A DNA stretch of 64,000 nt from an uncultured Gemmatimonadales bacterium (GTDB taxonomy: Bacteria > Gemmatimonadota > Gemmatimonadetes > Gemmatimonadales > GWC2-71-9), in the NCBI GenBank assembly GCA_963828735.1, contig CAWHFW010000005.1, positions 2,080,001-2,144,000 of the forward strand, read 5' to 3'. The notes under the pieces were generated by a model. The model worked only from the letters and a program-made list of their open reading frames with translations. It did no database searches and was not told the origin of the DNA. Within the stretch, counting starts at the first letter, position 1. The number at the start of each line of letters is the position of its first letter. The position numbers were made by a program, and so were the translations under genes. Of the stretch, positions 46,363 to 56,626 are shown piece after piece.

Positions 46363-49025
46363 AACGGATGCTCACGTCACTCGTACGGCTGTTTCCGCCG
46401 GCGTTCCGCGAGCGGTTCGGGCCGGAGATCGCGCAGCACCTGCGAGAGGACTGGGCGGTCGCCCGCTCGCGGGGCCCGCTCGCTGCGCTCGCCTACGGCA
46501 TCACGGCAGCGCTCGATCTCGGCGGTGCGGCGCTCGCCGAGCACTGGAAACCCACGTTGCGATCGACCCCGCGGAGCCGGGGAGGAGGCCTCATGCGGTG
46601 GTTGCGAGACGGCTGGATCCAGGATCTGCGCCAGGCGGTGCGCGCGCTGCGCCGCACGCCGGGCTTCACGCTGGTCGCGGTCGGGACGCTCGGCCTCGCC
46701 CTCGGCGCGAACGCCGGCATCTTCAGCATCGTGGACGCGGTCCTGCTCCGCCCGCTCCCATTCCCGAAGCCCGATCGGCTGGTCTACATCGGCGGCACCG
46801 CGCCCGGCTCCGACCTCCCCAGCGAGTTCGACCTCCCGCTCGAGTTCTTCCTTCAGTATCGGGACCAGTCGAAGCTGCTCCAGGGCCTGGCACCCTACGA
46901 CGACTTCACCAACACCCTGCGGGTGGGCGACCGCGCCGAGCGGGTGCGGATGGCAGTCTCCACCGCCGAGCTCTTTCCCACGCTCGGCGTGGCCCCCATG
47001 CTGGGCCGCGTGCCGGTTCCCGAGGACGAGGACCGGGTCGCGGTGCTGAGCTACGGCCTGTGGCAGAGCTGGTTCGGCGGCGACACCGCCGTGATCGGGC
47101 GCTCCTACTACATCGGAGGGAGCGAGCGCACGGTCATCGGCGTCATGGGGCCCGACTTCCGCTTCCCGCGGGACGGAGTCACCCTCTGGGTCACCGCGAA
47201 CATCCGTCCGGAAGACATCGTGCCCGGTGCGTTCCAGACGTTCGCGCTGGTCGGGAGGCTGAGGCCCGGCGTAACCGCGTCCGACCTGGTGCGGGAGCTG
47301 AGCCCCTTGGCTCAGCGCCTCCCCGAGCGGTTCGGCGGGCCTCCCGGCTACGCCGATCTAATAAGGAAGCACCGGCCCGTGGTGCGACCGCTGGAGGAGC
47401 AGCTGGTGGGGAACGTGGCCCGCCCGCTCTGGCTCCTGTTCGGGTCTGTGGCGGTCGTGCTCCTCATCGCCTGCGCCAACGTGGCCAACCTGTTCCTGGT
47501 CCGCGCGGAGCGGCGGCAGCGCGAGCTGGCCGTGCGCCGTGCCATCGGCGCCGCCCGGCTGCAGCTCTTCCGCGCGCAGATCGTCGAGGCGCTCGTCGTC
47601 GCCCTGCTCGCGGGCGCGCTCGCCATGCTGCTGGCCTGGCTCAGCGTACCTCTGTATCTCAAGTTCGTGCCGCCTGACCTGCCCCGCATCGGCGACGTCA
47701 CGGTCCGGTGGGGCACGCTCCTCTTCACCGGCGTCGCCTCGGCGCTCACCGCTCTGCTCTGCGGCGGGCTGCCGGCGCTCCGCGCGTCCGAGCCGAGTCT
47801 CGATCGCCTGCGCGACGGCAGCCGCGGGTCCACCGCGCGCCGGCACTGGGCGCGGGACGGCCTCGTGGTAGCGCAGACGGCGTTGGCTCTCGTGCTCCTC
47901 ACCGCCTCGGCGCTCCTGTTCCGAAGCTTTCAGAAGATGCGGAACGTGGATCCGGGCTACGACACCCGGGACATCTTCACCTTCCAGATCGCGCCCGAGG
48001 GCGAGCAGCTGAAGGACGCCCGCTCGTTCGCTCGATTCCACCTCGCCTTCCTGGACAGGCTGAGGCAGCTGCCGGGGGTGAAGTCGGTGGGGATCGTGGA
48101 CAACGTGCCGCTCAACGAGAGCCTCGCCCTCGCCCGGTTCCTGCCGGCCGAGCGGGCGGGCGAGGTCGGCGGCGGCCTGCGGCTGGGCCTCACCTCGGTC
48201 GCGGGCGACTACTTCTCGACCATGCGAATCCGGCTGCTCGCGGGCCGGACGTTCACCGACGCGGACCAGCTCACCGACCTGGGGCACGTCATCGTCAACC
48301 GCTCGGCGGCGAACCTGCTCTGGCCGGGGCAGTCGCCGATCGGGCAACGCATCAGGCGGGAGGAGATCGACGCCTGGGAGACCGTCGTCGGCGTGGTGGA
48401 AGACGTGATGCAGGACAACTTCCGCGACCCGGCGCCACCGGCGGTCTACTATCCGCTCGTCGGACAGCCACCCGCCGAGTGGGTGATCTCCTCTCCGGCG
48501 TACGTCGTGAAGACATCGCGGGCGGAGACGATCGCGCCCGAGATCCGGGCGCTGGTGCGGGAGGTGGCGCCCGGCGCGCCGATGTACCGGACCTTCACCA
48601 TGGCCGGGCTCGCCGCCGACGCACGGCTGCCGCTCGCGTTCACCATGCTGACGCTGGGTGTGGTCTCGCTCCTCGCCGTCATCCTCGGCACCGTGGGGCA
48701 GTACGGCGTGCTGTCGTACATCGTCGCCGAGCGGACCCGGGAGATCGGCGTCCGCATGGCGCTCGGCGCACAGGCGAGGCGGGTGCAGGGGATGGTGGTG
48801 GGGCAGGGGGCCCGGGTGCTGCTGGTGGGGGTCCTCTTCGGGCTCGCCGTGGCGGCCGCGTCTACGCGGGCGCTTCGGAGTCTCCTGTTCGGTGTCGGGG
48901 CGCTCGATCCCGCCACCTTCGCGGCCGTGGCATGCGGGATGGTACTCGTGGGCCTGCTCGCGGCGTATCTGCCGGCGCGGCGCGCGTCGCGGGTGGATCC
49001 GATCGAGTCGCTCCGGGGCGAGTAG
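46359..49025 (+). CDS. Duplicated orphan ABC permease (MacB/FtsX, ADOP type)
   Basis: DLRQAVRALRRTPGF, LLIACANVANL, ERTREIGVRMALGA, ASRVDPIESLR. Confidence 0.92.
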   Translation: MKRMLTSLVRLFPPAFRERFGPEIAQHLREDWAVARSRGPLAALAYGITAALDLGGAALAEHWKPTLRSTPRSRGGGLMRWLRDGWIQDLRQAVRALRRTPGFTLVAVGTLGLALGANAGIFSIVDAVLLRPLPFPKPDRLVYIGGTAPGSDLPSEFDLPLEFFLQYRDQSKLLQGLAPYDDFTNTLRVGDRAERVRMAVSTAELFPTLGVAPMLGRVPVPEDEDRVAVLSYGLWQSWFGGDTAVIGRSYYIGGSERTVIGVMGPDFRFPRDGVTLWVTANIRPEDIVPGAFQTFALVGRLRPGVTASDLVRELSPLAQRLPERFGGPPGYADLIRKHRPVVRPLEEQLVGNVARPLWLLFGSVAVVLLIACANVANLFLVRAERRQRELAVRRAIGAARLQLFRAQIVEALVVALLAGALAMLLAWLSVPLYLKFVPPDLPRIGDVTVRWGTLLFTGVASALTALLCGGLPALRASEPSLDRLRDGSRGSTARRHWARDGLVVAQTALALVLLTASALLFRSFQKMRNVDPGYDTRDIFTFQIAPEGEQLKDARSFARFHLAFLDRLRQLPGVKSVGIVDNVPLNESLALARFLPAERAGEVGGGLRLGLTSVAGDYFSTMRIRLLAGRTFTDADQLTDLGHVIVNRSAANLLWPGQSPIGQRIRREEIDAWETVVGVVEDVMQDNFRDPAPPAVYYPLVGQPPAEWVISSPAYVVKTSRAETIAPEIRALVREVAPGAPMYRTFTMAGLAADARLPLAFTMLTLGVVSLLAVILGTVGQYGVLSYIVAERTREIGVRMALGAQARRVQGMVVGQGARVLLVGVLFGLAVAAASTRALRSLLFGVGALDPATFAAVACGMVLVGLLAAYLPARRASRVDPIESLRGE

Positions 49026-49158
49026 CCGCGGCCCGCTTCGCTTCGTGATCCACGTCGCAGCACTCCACCGGACCCAGGTGCGAGATGTTGGTGGCGGACG
49101 CGGTAGGAGCACCTGCTCCGGCCCCGCTCCGGCACCACACAGGACACCTGGAGGCTCC

Positions 49159-49401
49159 ATGCCGGCGAAGAAGAGCGGACGAAAGTACAGCAAGAGCGCG
49201 AGCCGGTCGGTGAAGAGCGCGATGCACCGGCGAAAGAAGGGGACCCTCAAGCGGGGCAAGTCGGGCCACGGGGGATCGGTGAAGAGCCGCAAACAGGCGA
49301 TCGCGATCGGGCTCTCGGAGGCGCGGAAGAAAGGGGCCAAGGTGCCCAAAAAGAAATCGTCGTCGCGGGGTGGACGGTCGAAGTCCCGCTCGAAGTCCTG
49401 A
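49159..49401 (+). CDS. Small basic DUF6496-like protein
   Basis: VKSRKQAIAIGLSEARKKGAKVP; GGAGG RBS. Confidence 0.8.
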   Translation: MPAKKSGRKYSKSASRSVKSAMHRRKKGTLKRGKSGHGGSVKSRKQAIAIGLSEARKKGAKVPKKKSSSRGGRSKSRSKS

Positions 49402-49507
49402 CCGCGCTTCCGGTCCGGCCCGCACCGAATACCCGCTCACCATTTATGGCGAGAGTCTGGTCTCCCCGGTCGAGGGCCGGAAGCCGGCTTAAGGCGCCGG
49501 AGCCATT

Positions 49508-51871
49508 GTGACCCGCGCCTTCCGTTCGCTGCCGCTCGCGCTCTCCCTCCTCCTCGCCCTCGCTCGGCTCCTCCCGGCCCAGGCGGACTCCGCCACGCCA
49601 ATGGCCGGCCTGAGCAATAGCGGCCGCAACGGGGACCGGCCGTATGTCACGGCCGGTGACCGCGCCTACCTCATCGGGACGCAGGACGGAAACTTCCCGG
49701 ACATGGGCGGCCATGTGGGGGGCGAGATGGGCGGGCTGTGGCTGCACCCGATCAAGCTGGTGGACGGCTTCCGGGCGACGATCATCGATTCCGCGACGCA
49801 CCAGAAGGCGGCGCTCGACAGCGCCGCCGAGTTCATCAATTACCCGTACGGGAATCGGCTCCGCTACGGCCCGGTGCTCGACAGCCTCGAGATCGACCGG
49901 TTCCAGTTCAGTCCGGACGGACTGCAAGGCGTGGTGGTCCGATACACCTTCCGCAACGCCGCCGCTCGCGGCAGACGGCTGCTCTTCGACTTCTCGGTCA
50001 AGACCGATCTCCTCCCGGTATGGTTCTCGGATCACCTCGGCATCCGCGACGCGCCCGACACCGTCGCCTGGCGGCGGAAACAAGGCGTCTTCCTCGCACG
50101 TGACCGCGCCCATCCGTGGTTCGCCGTGTGGGGCGCCACGCCGTCCCTGGGTGCGGAGCCGCTGACCCACCCCGATTCGTTCGCGTCGAAGGGGCAGGGC
50201 GTCACCGCCGCCTCGCGCTACCGGCTCTCGGTCGCGCCCCGCGACTCCGCGACGCTGACCTTCGTGCTCGCCGGGTCGGACACGAGCGAGCAGGACGCCT
50301 TGGAGAGCTGGGCCGGCATCGCGAGAGACCACGAGCGCCTCCTGGAGAAGCAACGCGAGCGCTATGCGGCGCTGCTCGACCGGGCGAGAATCAGCATCCC
50401 GGACCGGCGGCTGCAACAGGTCTACGACTGGGTGCGGATCAATACTCAATGGATGGTGCGGGACGTGCCCGGGATGGGACGCGGCGTCGGCGGCGGCCTC
50501 ATGGAGTATCCCTGGTGGTTCGGCACCGAGACCTACACCCTCCAGGCACTCACCGCGTCGGGTGATGTCGACCTCGCCAAGGCGATGCTCCGCCTGCTCC
50601 GCCGTCAGTCGGCGAAGGCGAACGGCAACGGCCGGATCCTTCACGAGGTCACCACCAACGGAGGCGTGTCGAACCCCGGCAACACTCAGGAGACCGCCCA
50701 GTTCATCCTCACCGTGGGCAAGGTGGTGCAGTGGACGGGAGACCTGGGCTTCGCCAGGGAGATGTACCCGGCGATGACACAGGGCCTGCAGTGGCTCCTG
50801 ACGGACGTGGACCGGAACCACGATCTCTTCCCGGAGGGCTACGGGATCACGGAAATCCTCGGCCTCAACGCGGAGCTGATCGACGTGGCCGCGTACACCC
50901 AGCAGGCGCTCGAGGCGACGGCGCGGGTCGCCGCCCTCCTCGGTCACTCGGCCGACGCCGAGCGATACCGGACGCTGGCGGCGCGGCTCGCGGCGAGGAT
51001 CAACGAGCGCTTCTGGCTCCCGGACGACAGCTCCTACGCCGACTTCTACGGCACCAGGGCCCAGGCGGTGAGCACGGCGGAGGGGGCCGTCAAGCAGATC
51101 AAGCTCAAGGAAGCGGACGGAGATACGCTGACGGCGAGAGACCGGGACCGGATCGCCTACTACGAGCGGCTCGGGCAGCAATTCGCCGCTATGCCCGACA
51201 CCGCGCGGGGATGGATCACGAACAAGAACTGGGTCGTCACGACGCCCATGGAGGTCGGCATCGCGCCGCCGGAAAGAGCGCGCGCCGCGCTGGACAAGAT
51301 CCGGCGGGACGATGTCGGCGAGTTCGGGCCGTTTCTCTCCGCCGTCGATCGAGGATCGATGATGACGATCGCTACCGGCGCGCAGGCCGTGTCGGAGGGC
51401 AGGTACGGACGCATCGATCAGGCGATGTGGTATGTCGACCGGATCGTGAGCACCTTCGGCCGGACCCTGCCGGGCTCGATCTCGGAGATGATGCCCGACT
51501 ACGGGTGCTTCGTCATCGCATGGACCAATTACGGCATCGTGGTCCCGCTGATCGAGCAGGTGTTCGGCATCGCGCCCGACGCGCCCAGCCGGACCATCGT
51601 CTTCGACCCGCATGTCCCGAGCGGATGGAAGACGATGAGCATCGAGTCGCTTCCGGTCGGAACCAACACGGTCTCGTTTTCATGGGCGGAGACCGCGAGA
51701 GGCATCGAGTACGACATCAGGGCCGAGCAGGGCGGATGGAGCTTCATCGTGCGGGCGGACACGGCGGCCGGTGCGAAGTACTATCTGGACGGCGCACCGG
51801 TCGCTCCGACGGCCTCCGGCATCCGCATGAGCGGCACGCGGAATCACCTGCTGATGGTCCCGACGAGGTGA
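49508..51871 (+). CDS. Secreted glycoside hydrolase, glycogen-debranching/(alpha/alpha)6 type
   Basis: Signal peptide, EYPWWFG, GRILHE, PEGYG..E, PGSISEMMPD. Confidence 0.75.
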   Translation: MTRAFRSLPLALSLLLALARLLPAQADSATPMAGLSNSGRNGDRPYVTAGDRAYLIGTQDGNFPDMGGHVGGEMGGLWLHPIKLVDGFRATIIDSATHQKAALDSAAEFINYPYGNRLRYGPVLDSLEIDRFQFSPDGLQGVVVRYTFRNAAARGRRLLFDFSVKTDLLPVWFSDHLGIRDAPDTVAWRRKQGVFLARDRAHPWFAVWGATPSLGAEPLTHPDSFASKGQGVTAASRYRLSVAPRDSATLTFVLAGSDTSEQDALESWAGIARDHERLLEKQRERYAALLDRARISIPDRRLQQVYDWVRINTQWMVRDVPGMGRGVGGGLMEYPWWFGTETYTLQALTASGDVDLAKAMLRLLRRQSAKANGNGRILHEVTTNGGVSNPGNTQETAQFILTVGKVVQWTGDLGFAREMYPAMTQGLQWLLTDVDRNHDLFPEGYGITEILGLNAELIDVAAYTQQALEATARVAALLGHSADAERYRTLAARLAARINERFWLPDDSSYADFYGTRAQAVSTAEGAVKQIKLKEADGDTLTARDRDRIAYYERLGQQFAAMPDTARGWITNKNWVVTTPMEVGIAPPERARAALDKIRRDDVGEFGPFLSAVDRGSMMTIATGAQAVSEGRYGRIDQAMWYVDRIVSTFGRTLPGSISEMMPDYGCFVIAWTNYGIVVPLIEQVFGIAPDAPSRTIVFDPHVPSGWKTMSIESLPVGTNTVSFSWAETARGIEYDIRAEQGGWSFIVRADTAAGAKYYLDGAPVAPTASGIRMSGTRNHLLMVPTR

Positions 51872-51899
51872 CCCGCGGCTCCGTTCGGGCCGCGAGTGT

Positions 51900-51931
51900 A
51901 TCCGATCGAGTCGCTGAGGGGCGAGTAGCCG
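51900..51931 (+). repeat. 32-bp copy of the ABC permease 3' end (48997-49028)
   Basis: 30/32 identical, encodes PIESLRGE-stop. Confidence 0.85.
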
Positions 51932-51971
51932 GCGGTCTCGAAGACCCGCCGTTCAAGCAGTTGGTGGAGGG

Positions 51972-52510
51972 CTAGCTTCCCTCCCGTCGCTTGGCACACG
52001 CGGTCAGGAACGACGCGCTCTGCTTCTCGAGCCCGCCGATGGGGAACTCCGCGGTGGTCTTGTAGGATCCGGCCCCATCGGCGTCGTCCACGAGCGCGCG
52101 TCGGTGCCCGCTCAGCCACGCGATCAGGCGATCCTGCGGGATCGTCAGCAGCACTTTTCCTCCCGTGCTGGTCGTCCCGGCGAATCCTTTGATCCTGCGG
52201 GGAGGGGCGCTGTCCACCCTCAGCCCGACATCCGTACTCCCCTGACGCAGCGCCTGGTCGGTCATGATGGCGACGGTCGCGTCATCCCGGAAGCAATCGA
52301 AGCTCAGGACGACCGCGTGCCTTCGTGCCTCGCCTTCCGGGCCCTCCTTGCCGGTGGCCCGAAGCCGCCCGGTCAACCGGGTCCCATGTGATGCCTCGGT
52401 CCGCCCGTGTCCACGCGCATCGTCCAATCGCCTTTCGCCTGGCGCCCGCCGCATGCGGCGAGGCGCATTCCGGCCAGTGCGACAGCGGACGTAACGGCGC
52501 GTCGAGTCAT
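51972..52510 (-). pseudogene. Frameshifted paralog of lipoprotein 30443-30976
   Basis: Shared VVLSFDCF, AIMTDQALRQG, FAGTTSTGGKVLL, SYKTTAEFPIGGLE; N-terminus in a different frame. Confidence 0.75.
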
Positions 52511-52733
52511 GGTGTAGACCATGATAGCTCCAGGCCGCCTGAATCTCACGTGGGGCGACCCGCTTCTGGACCTTCGTTGGCTCAGGGCTAGATTGGGTAT
52601 CCGCCATACCGGGGCCCCGAACGACTTCAGGTCGTGGTGCCGCCCAACTGGATCGCGGAGTTCCGGCGTGGGGTCGCGCAGGCGCGCGGCCGGCCGTGAA
52701 TCGCCGATGACTCTCCCAGCCACTGGAGGCTCT

Positions 52734-53183
52734 ATGACTCGTCCTATCGCTGTGGCCCTTGCCGCCCTCGTTCTCGCGTTGCCGTGCTCGGCGGTCGCGC
52801 AGGCCGGCGGAGACGCCCGTGCCCAGATCGAGAAAATGTCTCAGGCATGGCAGAAGGCGTACAACTCGGGAGATGCGGCGGCCGTCGCGGCGCTCTACGC
52901 GAAGGACGCCAAGCTCATGCCCCCCGGCGTCGAACCGGCCTCCGGCTCGAGCGCCATCCAGACCTTCTTTACGGCGGACGTGAAACAGGGCGCCAAGAAC
53001 ACGTTGACCACGGAAGATGTCGCGGGGTTCGGCGACTACGCTCTCGAGACCGGCAAATGGGTGGCCACCTCCGCCGACGGCAAGCACCTGGACCACGGCC
53101 AGTATATGACCCTCTACAAGAAGGCCGACGGTGGGTGGAAGATCGTCCGGGACACCTGGAACAGCAGCATGGCGCATCAGTAG
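52734..53183 (+). CDS. Secreted NTF2-like (DUF4440/YybH) protein
   Basis: AYNSGDAAAVAALYAKDA, GQYMTLYKK..WKIVRDTWN; GGAGG RBS. Confidence 0.85.
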   Translation: MTRPIAVALAALVLALPCSAVAQAGGDARAQIEKMSQAWQKAYNSGDAAAVAALYAKDAKLMPPGVEPASGSSAIQTFFTADVKQGAKNTLTTEDVAGFGDYALETGKWVATSADGKHLDHGQYMTLYKKADGGWKIVRDTWNSSMAHQ

Positions 53184-53330
53184 AGGTCGGCGCGAGGGGA
53201 GACGGGCACCGCCCGTAGCCAAGGGCGTCCGGTAGATGTGCCATCGGAAGACAAACCGCCGCCGGGACGACGAGTCCCGAGGTGAAATGGCCCGGCGTGC
53301 CCGACGGGGCGATATTGGGTCCCACACCCA

Positions 53331-53850
53331 ATGAACGACCCCCGCTCTCGCCTTGCCGACGCTCTCGCCGATCCTACCACATCGAGCGCGAGCTCGGCGC
53401 CGGCGGCATGGCGACCGTCTATCTCGCCCGTGATCTCAAGCATGACCGTCAGATGGCCGTGAAGGTCCTCCGCTCCCGGGGGGAGACTTCGCCCGCTGGA
53501 CGCCGGACAGAACCGGGTTCGTGTATCACGCGTCCGACGGGCTGCGGCTGCATCGCATCGAGAGCGGGGCCGACAGCCTGCGCGTGTCCAATGCGGCGAT
53601 CGGGGCTAAAGTGTTCTATGCGGCGTGGTCGCGTGACGGTGCCAGTCTCTACTACATGGCCCGGTCGTCCAAGGGCTGGTCGATTCGTGCGATGCCCGCG
53701 GCCGGCGGCGCCAGCACGACACTCGTCGACTTCGACGATCCCACCCGACAGCACACGAAATACGGATTCACCACGGATGGGAGGGTCTTCTATTTCACGA
53801 TCGGCGCCTCCGAGAGTGACATCTGGGTCGCGGATCTGACGAAACCATGA
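53331..53850 (+). pseudogene. Internally deleted Ser/Thr kinase-propeller gene
   Basis: Kinase N-terminus (ERELGAGGMATVYLARDLKH..VKVLR) lies directly before a propeller C-terminus (WSRDG..ESDIWVADL). Confidence 0.7.
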
Positions 53851-53911
53851 CCCGCGGTCATCGCCGTGGGCTTCGCACGACGGTGGCGCGACGCCCGGCA
53901 AGGACCGGCCC

Positions 53912-56446
53912 ATGAGCGACCACGCCGCGCGCCTCCGCGCCGCGCTCGCCGGCCGCTACGAGGTCGAGCGCGAGCTCGGCGCCGGCGGCATGGCCACGGT
54001 GTATCTCGCCCAGGACATCAAGCACGGTCGCAAGGTCGCCATCAAGGTCCTGCGGCCCGAGCTCGCCGCGGTGATCGGGGCGGAGCGGTTCGTCCGCGAG
54101 ATCCGCACGATCGCAGCACTCCAGCACCCGCACATCCTCGGCCTCATCGACTCGGGTGAAGTGCAGGGCACCGCCTACTTTGTCATGCCCTTCGTGGACG
54201 GTGAGTCCCTGCGGGACCGGCTCAGCCGGGAGAAGCAGCTCCCCATCCCGGATGCCGTCCGGATCGCGAGCGAAGTCGCCTCCGCGCTCGACTATGCCCA
54301 TCGGCATGGGGTGATCCACCGGGACATCAAGCCCGAGAACATCCTGCTCCACGACGGGCAGGCGTTGGTGGCCGACTTCGGCATCGCGCTGGCCGTGAGT
54401 CACGCGGGCGGCTCGCGGATGACCGAGACCGGGATGTCGCTCGGCACGCCGCACTACATGAGCCCCGAGCAGGCCATGGGCGAGCGGGAGATCACGGCGC
54501 GCTCCGACGTGTACGCGCTCGGCTGCGTGACCTACGAGATGCTGATCGGGGATCCCCCTTTCACCGGCAGCACGGCGCAGGCCATCGTCGCGAAGGTGCT
54601 GACGGCCGATCCGGCGCCCCTCACCGCCCAACGGAGGAGCGTCACCCCGCAGCTCGAGGCGGCGGTGCTGACCGCCCTGGAGAAGCTTCCGGCGGACCGG
54701 TTCGGAACGCCGGCGGAGTTCGCCGCGGCGCTGAACGGGCGCTCCGACGGCCCGACGGTGCGATCCGCCCCGCCCAAGGCCCGCGCACCCCGCTCCGCCA
54801 TCGTCGTAGGGGCGCTCGCGCTCGTGGCGCTGGGGTTCCTGGCCGGCCGCTGGGCAGGGGGACACGGCGACGCCGCGAGCGTCACCTTCCTGCAGAGGAG
54901 CTTTCGCGACGAAGCGATCTACAACGCCCGCTTCGCGCCGGACGGACAGACCATCGTCTATAGCTCCGCCGCGGAGACCAGTGCCCCCGAGCTGTTCATC
55001 ATCCGCCCCGACTATCCGGAGCCGACCGCCTTCGGCCTCACCGCGGCACACCTGCTCTCCGTTTCGTCGAAGGGAGAGCTGGCCGTCCTGCTTCGCGCCG
55101 AATTCGTCCGCCATCGCCTCTTTCTGGGGACCCTGGCGCGCGTCCCGCTCGGCGGAGGCGCTCCTCGCGAAGTGCTCGACAGCGTGCGGGAGGCCGACTG
55201 GTCGCCGGATGGCACCGAGCTGGCCATCATCCACGATGTGGGCGGTCGGGACCGCCTCGAATTCCCCATCGGCAAGGTCCTGTACGAAGGCTCCGGCTAC
55301 CTGAGCGATCCGCGTGTCTCACCCGACGGGCGGCATGTCGCCTTTGCTGAGCACCCGTTTCGCTGGGATGACCGCGGCACGGTGAAGATCGTGGATCGGG
55401 TGGGCAAGCCGACGGTCGTCACGCGCGACTACCCGTCCATTGAAGGGCTGGCATGGCGTCCCCGAGGCGACGAGCTCCTGTTTTCGGCGTCCGACAACAA
55501 GGAGTACGTCGTTCGCGCCGTGAGCCTCAGCGGACGCCTTCGGGTCGCGGTGACGGGCGCGGGCAACCTCACGGCGCAGGATGTGTCTCGGAGCGGACGG
55601 TTGCTCCTGACCCGCGATGACACGCCGTACAGGTTGATGCTGCGCGGGCCGGGATTGGCGCGGGAGCTCGACGTCTCCTGGCTCGACATTTCACTCGCCC
55701 CGACGCTCTCGCGCGACGGCTCGCTCCTGGCCTTTTCCGACGCCGGCACCGACGCCGGCCCCAATTACGACGTCATGCTTCGGAAGACTGCCGGCGGCCA
55801 GGTGGCACGGCTGGGCGAGGGCCAGTCTGCCGCCTTCTCGCCGGACGGGAAGTGGCTGCTGGCCATCGTCCCCTCGACGCCGCCGAGGATCGTTCTCTAT
55901 CCCACGCGCACGGGCGCCGAACGCCGAATCACGATCGATCCATTCGAGTCCATCGGCTCGGCGGACTGGTTCCCCGACGGCCAATCGATCCTCTTCTGCG
56001 GGAACCGGGTGGGAGAAGCCTCCCGCTGCTACGTCCAGCCGCTGGCGGGGGGAAAGGCGCGGGCGGTGACGCCGGCCGGCACGGGCGCGGGGTTCGTCTC
56101 GCCGGACGGGAACGAGGTGGTGGCGTTCATTCAGTCCCTGGGCTATCGCAGATATCCGGTCGCCGGGGGTGCTGGAAGCGAAATCCCGGGGCTCTCGTCC
56201 AGCGACCAGATCGTTCGCTGGACCTCCGATGGGCGCGCGCTCGTCGTCGGGCGCACGACCTCGAGCACCATGGATCGTGTGGACCTCGCGACGGGCCGTC
56301 GGGAGCCGCTCGTGACGCTGGGGACCGAGCTCCCCGGTGGCCGGTGGCGGCCCGTCTTCTTCGCGATGGCGGACGATCCGCACGTCTACTCGTACGTCGG
56401 CGCGACCTATCTCTCCGAGATCTTCACCGTGGATGGCGTGCGATGA
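53912..56446 (+). CDS. Ser/Thr protein kinase with TolB-like beta-propeller
   Basis: LGAGGMATVY, HRDIKPEN, ADFG, GTPHYMSPE, TM helix, repeated SPDG. Confidence 0.93.
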   Translation: MSDHAARLRAALAGRYEVERELGAGGMATVYLAQDIKHGRKVAIKVLRPELAAVIGAERFVREIRTIAALQHPHILGLIDSGEVQGTAYFVMPFVDGESLRDRLSREKQLPIPDAVRIASEVASALDYAHRHGVIHRDIKPENILLHDGQALVADFGIALAVSHAGGSRMTETGMSLGTPHYMSPEQAMGEREITARSDVYALGCVTYEMLIGDPPFTGSTAQAIVAKVLTADPAPLTAQRRSVTPQLEAAVLTALEKLPADRFGTPAEFAAALNGRSDGPTVRSAPPKARAPRSAIVVGALALVALGFLAGRWAGGHGDAASVTFLQRSFRDEAIYNARFAPDGQTIVYSSAAETSAPELFIIRPDYPEPTAFGLTAAHLLSVSSKGELAVLLRAEFVRHRLFLGTLARVPLGGGAPREVLDSVREADWSPDGTELAIIHDVGGRDRLEFPIGKVLYEGSGYLSDPRVSPDGRHVAFAEHPFRWDDRGTVKIVDRVGKPTVVTRDYPSIEGLAWRPRGDELLFSASDNKEYVVRAVSLSGRLRVAVTGAGNLTAQDVSRSGRLLLTRDDTPYRLMLRGPGLARELDVSWLDISLAPTLSRDGSLLAFSDAGTDAGPNYDVMLRKTAGGQVARLGEGQSAAFSPDGKWLLAIVPSTPPRIVLYPTRTGAERRITIDPFESIGSADWFPDGQSILFCGNRVGEASRCYVQPLAGGKARAVTPAGTGAGFVSPDGNEVVAFIQSLGYRRYPVAGGAGSEIPGLSSSDQIVRWTSDGRALVVGRTTSSTMDRVDLATGRREPLVTLGTELPGGRWRPVFFAMADDPHVYSYVGATYLSEIFTVDGVR

Positions 56447-56626
56447 GCCGGCGCGGCGGGGCGGGAGCGGGGCAGCGACCCGGGCGGGGCGCGGGTTGAG
56501 GAACGGGCTGTTCATGGAATGAGTCTCCACCATTGACGCCGCCTGCGCGGGCGCCACCTTTCTCTCGACCCGCGTGCCGAGCTCGGCGCGCCCTCGGCCA
56601 TCGCGCCACGTCCCTTTCCCATCCCC

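Noticed and set aside
56458..56496. G-quadruplex-like run of G tracts after the kinase gene
   Set aside because: Expected by chance at this GC content; no supporting evidence
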